A stretch of 64,000 nucleotides of DNA from Streptosporangiaceae bacterium (GTDB taxonomy: Bacteria > Actinomycetota > Actinomycetes > Streptosporangiales > Streptosporangiaceae): assembly GCA_036501145.1 (NCBI GenBank), contig DASYAV010000155.1:6164-70163 (forward strand). The letters are read 5' to 3'. Below the pieces are notes generated by a model, which did no database searches, was not told the origin of the DNA, and saw only the letters and a list, made by a program, of their open reading frames with translations. Every line of letters begins with the position of its first letter. Within the stretch, counting starts at the first letter, position 1. Positions 61,120 through 64,000 of the stretch are shown here, piece by piece. The position numbers were made by a program, and so were the translations under genes.

Positions 61120-62430
61120 CTACGGAACAAGCGGGCCGGTGTAGACGGCCCGCGGGCGCAGCGGGGTGGCACGTGCGTACTCCTCGAGGGCGTGCGCGAT
61201 CCACCCGGCGGTGCGTGCCACCGCGAAGATGGCCTCACCGGCCCCGCTGATCAGCCCGGCCACGTCGGCCAGCGCGGCCAGGGCCAGGTCGATGTTCGGC
61301 TCGGGCAGCGCGCGCTCGCGCATCTCGGCCAGCACCGCGTCGGCCACCACCAGCCGGGGCGAGCCGGCCGCACCGCGGCGGACCAGGCCGAGCAGGCAGA
61401 CCGCCCGCGGGTCGCCGGTGCGGTACACGAAATGGCCGAAGCCGGGCACCCGGCCGGTGAGCCGCAGCAGGTCGCCGACCACCCGCGAGGCGTCACCGGG
61501 GGTGGCCGCGGCCGCCAGCATGCCCTCGGCGCCGAGCGAGGCGCCCCCGTGCAGCGGCCCGCCCAGCGCACCCAGCCCGGTGGCTACCACGGCGTACGGA
61601 TCCGCGCGGACCGACGCGGCCACCCGGGCGGCGAACGTGGACGCGGCCAGTTCGTGGTCGGCGAGCAGCACCAGCGCGGCGCGGAGGGCGGTGAGCAGGC
61701 CTGGTGTCGCCGGGGCCGGGCAGAGCTTGGGCCACAGCCGGCCGGCGATGCCCTCGCCGGCGGGCGGCGCGCCGCCCGCGGGGCCGGCGGTGTGTGGGGC
61801 GCCGGGGTCAGTGGGGTGGCTGGCGGCCGGGCCGGCCGGATGGCTGGTGGCGCCGGTGGGTGCCGCGGGCGGCAGGCTGTCCACCATGCCGGCGATCAGC
61901 GCGCGGCCGGCCGCCACCACGGCCGGGCTGTCCAGATGCAGCCGGAGCGGGTCGGCCGCGGCCAGCGCGGGCACGATGACCTGCAGCCGCTCCAGTGGCA
62001 GCGCCCTGCCGGGCAGCGCGGCCTGGGCGGCGGCTCCCACGGCCACCGCCTCGGGGCTGGCATGCCACGGCTGCACGTCCGCATCCCCCGGGCCGCCGGG
62101 CGCGGGGAGGGCGCCGGTCCAGAGCAGGGCGGCGACGTCTTCCAGGGTGTGGGTGGCAGCGAGGGAGGTCACCTCGCGGCCGCGGAAACTGAGCCGGTCG
62201 TCGGTGATCTCCGTCAGCGCGGACTCGATGACCAGTTCGGTGGTGCCGGGGGCGCGGCGGGGGCGGCCGCGGCGGGCGAGCCGCTCGATCTCGCCGGAGT
62301 CGAACAGGCTGCCCCGGCCGTCCGCTGACCGCCTGCGCACCAGCACGCCCCGGCTCACGTACGCGTACAGGGTGGCCCGCTTGATGCCAAGCCGCTGCGC
62401 CGCGGCGTCGGCGGTGATCCAGTCCGTCAT
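61120..62430 (-). CDS. fusion protein: N-terminal excisionase/MerR-type HTH + citrate-synthase-family domain
   Basis: N-terminus ITADAAAQRLGIKRATLYAYVSRGVL (HTH_17-like). Citrate-synthase motifs LLADHELAAST, GPLHGGA, VPGFGHFVYRTGDPRA, PNID and ARTAGWIAHALEE. Pro/Gly-rich insert near residue 200. Confidence 0.8.
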   Translation of the reverse strand: MTDWITADAAAQRLGIKRATLYAYVSRGVLVRRRSADGRGSLFDSGEIERLARRGRPRRAPGTTELVIESALTEITDDRLSFRGREVTSLAATHTLEDVAALLWTGALPAPGGPGDADVQPWHASPEAVAVGAAAQAALPGRALPLERLQVIVPALAAADPLRLHLDSPAVVAAGRALIAGMVDSLPPAAPTGATSHPAGPAASHPTDPGAPHTAGPAGGAPPAGEGIAGRLWPKLCPAPATPGLLTALRAALVLLADHELAASTFAARVAASVRADPYAVVATGLGALGGPLHGGASLGAEGMLAAAATPGDASRVVGDLLRLTGRVPGFGHFVYRTGDPRAVCLLGLVRRGAAGSPRLVVADAVLAEMRERALPEPNIDLALAALADVAGLISGAGEAIFAVARTAGWIAHALEEYARATPLRPRAVYTGPLVP

Positions 62431-62447
62431 CGTGCCTTCGTTGTCGT

Positions 62448-62467
62448 AGATTGATTTTAATCAATCT
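62448..62467. promoter_or_regulatory. perfect 9-2-9 AT-rich palindrome AGATTGATT-tt-AATCAATCT in a divergent promoter
   Basis: Read directly. Lies between the HTH-citrate-synthase start (62430) and the HMGL-like synthase start (62502). Confidence 0.55.
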
Positions 62468-62501
62468 TGATCCATGCTGCCGCAATGTGTCAACGTGAGG
62501 T

Positions 62502-63734
62502 GTGCCTACCATCCACTTTCTCGATGTGACCAACCGCGACGGCGTGCAGACCGCACGGACCGGACTGTCCAAGTTCGGCAAGACGATGCTGAACTTCTAC
62601 CTGGCCAGGCTGGGCGTGGCCCAGTCCGAGATCGGGTTCCCCTACCTGTTCCACGAGGTGCCCTACGTGCGGGCCAACGTGGCGCTGGCCCAGGCCGGCG
62701 CGTTCGGCGCGCTGCGGCTGTCCGGCTGGTGCCGGGCGATCACCGCGGACGTGACGGATTCGGCGCCGCTGGGACTGCGGCACTACAACCTGTCCATCTC
62801 GACCTCGGACCAGATGATCGCGCACAAGTTCCGCGGCAAGCTGGACCACGCCGCGATCATCACCGAGATGACCGCCGCCGTAACCGCGGCCCGGGCCGCC
62901 GGCGCGCAGACAATCGGCGTCAACGCCGAGGACGGCTCGCGCACCGACGACAAGTTCCTGCTCGACTTCGCCACTGCCGCCCGCGACGCCGGCGCCGACC
63001 GGGTCCGGTACTGCGACACCATCGGCGGCGACTCCCCGGCCCGGATCCGGGAGCGGTTCGCCCGGCTGGCCAGCGTGACCGGCATCCCGGTCGAGACGCA
63101 CTGCCACAACGACCTGGGCATGGCGGTGGCCAACTCGGTCTCCGGCGCGCTCGGCGACCTGGACGCCGGGCAGGACGCCTGGGTCAACACCTGCATCAAC
63201 GGGATCGGCGAGCGGTCGGGCAATGCCGACCTGCTGTCGTGCATCCTGGCCTTCTCGCACGCCATCGGCGTCGCCGGCGCCGCCCCCATCGGGGACAAGC
63301 TCGACCTGTCCTGGGCACGCCGGTTCGGGCTGTGGGCCAGCTACGCGTTCGGCCAGCCGCTGCCGCAGAACCAGCCCGGCACGGGAGTCAACGCGTTCGC
63401 CCACGAGTCCGGCATCCACGCGGACGGCGCGCTCAAGGACCGGAACAACTACGAGCTGTACGACGACGAGGCGCTCGGCCCGTTCCCGGCCGACTGGTTC
63501 GCGACCCGCGGCCGGGTCGTGCTGACCGGCGAATACGGCGGCATGGCCGGGTTCCGGCACGTCATGGACGGCCTCGGCATCGAGGTGGCGGCCGACGACG
63601 CGGACCTGGTCTTCCAGCTCGTGCAGCTGTGCGCCTCGGCCACCGGCAAGCCGCTCACCGACGATGAGCTCCGCCTTATCGCCGGCTACCCGCGCGAGCT
63701 TTCGCTCCTGTTCCCGGGCCAGCTCAGCTCGTGA
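62502..63734 (+). CDS. HMGL-like (DRE-TIM) 2-oxoacid:acyl-CoA condensing enzyme, homocitrate/isopropylmalate/citramalate synthase family
   Basis: LDVTNRDGVQ, ETHCHNDLGMAVANS and CINGIGERSGNADL motifs. GTG start has a poor RBS, so the start is uncertain. Confidence 0.8.
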   Translation: MPTIHFLDVTNRDGVQTARTGLSKFGKTMLNFYLARLGVAQSEIGFPYLFHEVPYVRANVALAQAGAFGALRLSGWCRAITADVTDSAPLGLRHYNLSISTSDQMIAHKFRGKLDHAAIITEMTAAVTAARAAGAQTIGVNAEDGSRTDDKFLLDFATAARDAGADRVRYCDTIGGDSPARIRERFARLASVTGIPVETHCHNDLGMAVANSVSGALGDLDAGQDAWVNTCINGIGERSGNADLLSCILAFSHAIGVAGAAPIGDKLDLSWARRFGLWASYAFGQPLPQNQPGTGVNAFAHESGIHADGALKDRNNYELYDDEALGPFPADWFATRGRVVLTGEYGGMAGFRHVMDGLGIEVAADDADLVFQLVQLCASATGKPLTDDELRLIAGYPRELSLLFPGQLSS

Positions 63735-63755
63735 GCCGGCCGCGGCCGCGTCCGG

Positions 63756-63950
63756 CTAGCCGCCGATCGAGCGGCGGCGGTTGGACCGGATGCGGCTGCG
63801 CTGGGACGGGCTCAGCATGGCCCAGCCGGCCACCGGGACGCCGATGGCGACCGCCAGCAGCACGAGCGGAACCCAGAACGGGATGGGCAGGATGAACAAG
63901 ATGAGCGCGATGACGCCGAGCGTGATGCCGGCTTTCGTCCCGGGCCTCAT
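63756..63950 (-). CDS. small hypothetical membrane protein (two TM segments, basic tail)
   Basis: 64-aa ORF, hydrophobic core, RSRIRSNRRRS tail. Confidence 0.4.
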   Translation of the reverse strand: MRPGTKAGITLGVIALILFILPIPFWVPLVLLAVAIGVPVAGWAMLSPSQRSRIRSNRRRSIGG

Positions 63951-64000
63951 GTAAGGCTCCCTCCGCGGAGAACCTGGGGTGCTCTCCTGCTGTGACGCGA

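Overview
High-GC (by eye above 70 %) Actinomycetota chromosomal DNA, densely coding, about 55 genes. I saw no rRNA, tRNA, CRISPR array, transposase, integrase or phage gene. Many long ORFs in the track are wrong-frame or antisense artefacts of the GC bias, and several real genes are fused to upstream junk, so I re-picked starts from RBS and family N-termini. Blocks: (1) 1-2044, aldehyde dehydrogenase (partial) and a TlpA-like redoxin. (2) 2079-14730, a nucleoside uptake and catabolism supercluster: deoC-add-pdp-cdd diverging from a BMP lipoprotein, ABC ATPase, two permeases, punA and a phosphopentomutase-like gene. (3) 14811-40197, a carbohydrate-utilisation locus. It holds three large secreted glycoside hydrolases (GH51-like clan A, GH3, GH2), a CUT1-type ABC importer, an MFS transporter and a FadR-type GntR regulator. 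It also holds an oxidative, kinase-free sugar-acid route: SDR, SMP-30 lactonase, DgoD-like dehydratase, DapA-like aldolase, split SAF/UxaA dehydratase, D-2-hydroxyacid dehydrogenase and Ldh_2 oxidoreductase. (4) 40183-51890, DMT and MFS transporters, acnA, hppD, GH65 phosphorylase plus beta-phosphoglucomutase, and two F420-type oxidoreductases. (5) 52160-60001, the conserved actinobacterial rumA-like / trkA-trkA / OB-fold / DUF3710 / dut / DUF3093 neighbourhood. (6) 60014-63950, two VOC proteins and an HTH-citrate-synthase fusion diverging from an HMGL-like synthase. Most interesting signals: (a) a 16-bp FadR-type operator motif (CAGTGGTCTGACCTCT) present six times, always in promoter gaps of block 3, which defines a predicted regulon. 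(b) A roughly 190-aa uncharacterised C-terminal module shared by all three otherwise unrelated glycoside hydrolases. (c) A SuyAB/ComC-like module that could complete a fully non-phosphorylative pathway. (d) The HTH-citrate-synthase fusion with a perfect AT-rich palindrome in its divergent promoter. (e) A frameshifted OB-fold gene, a probable CTG start, and an unusual number of short in-frame tandem duplications. All functional calls rest on my recognition of family motifs in the translations. No database search was run.
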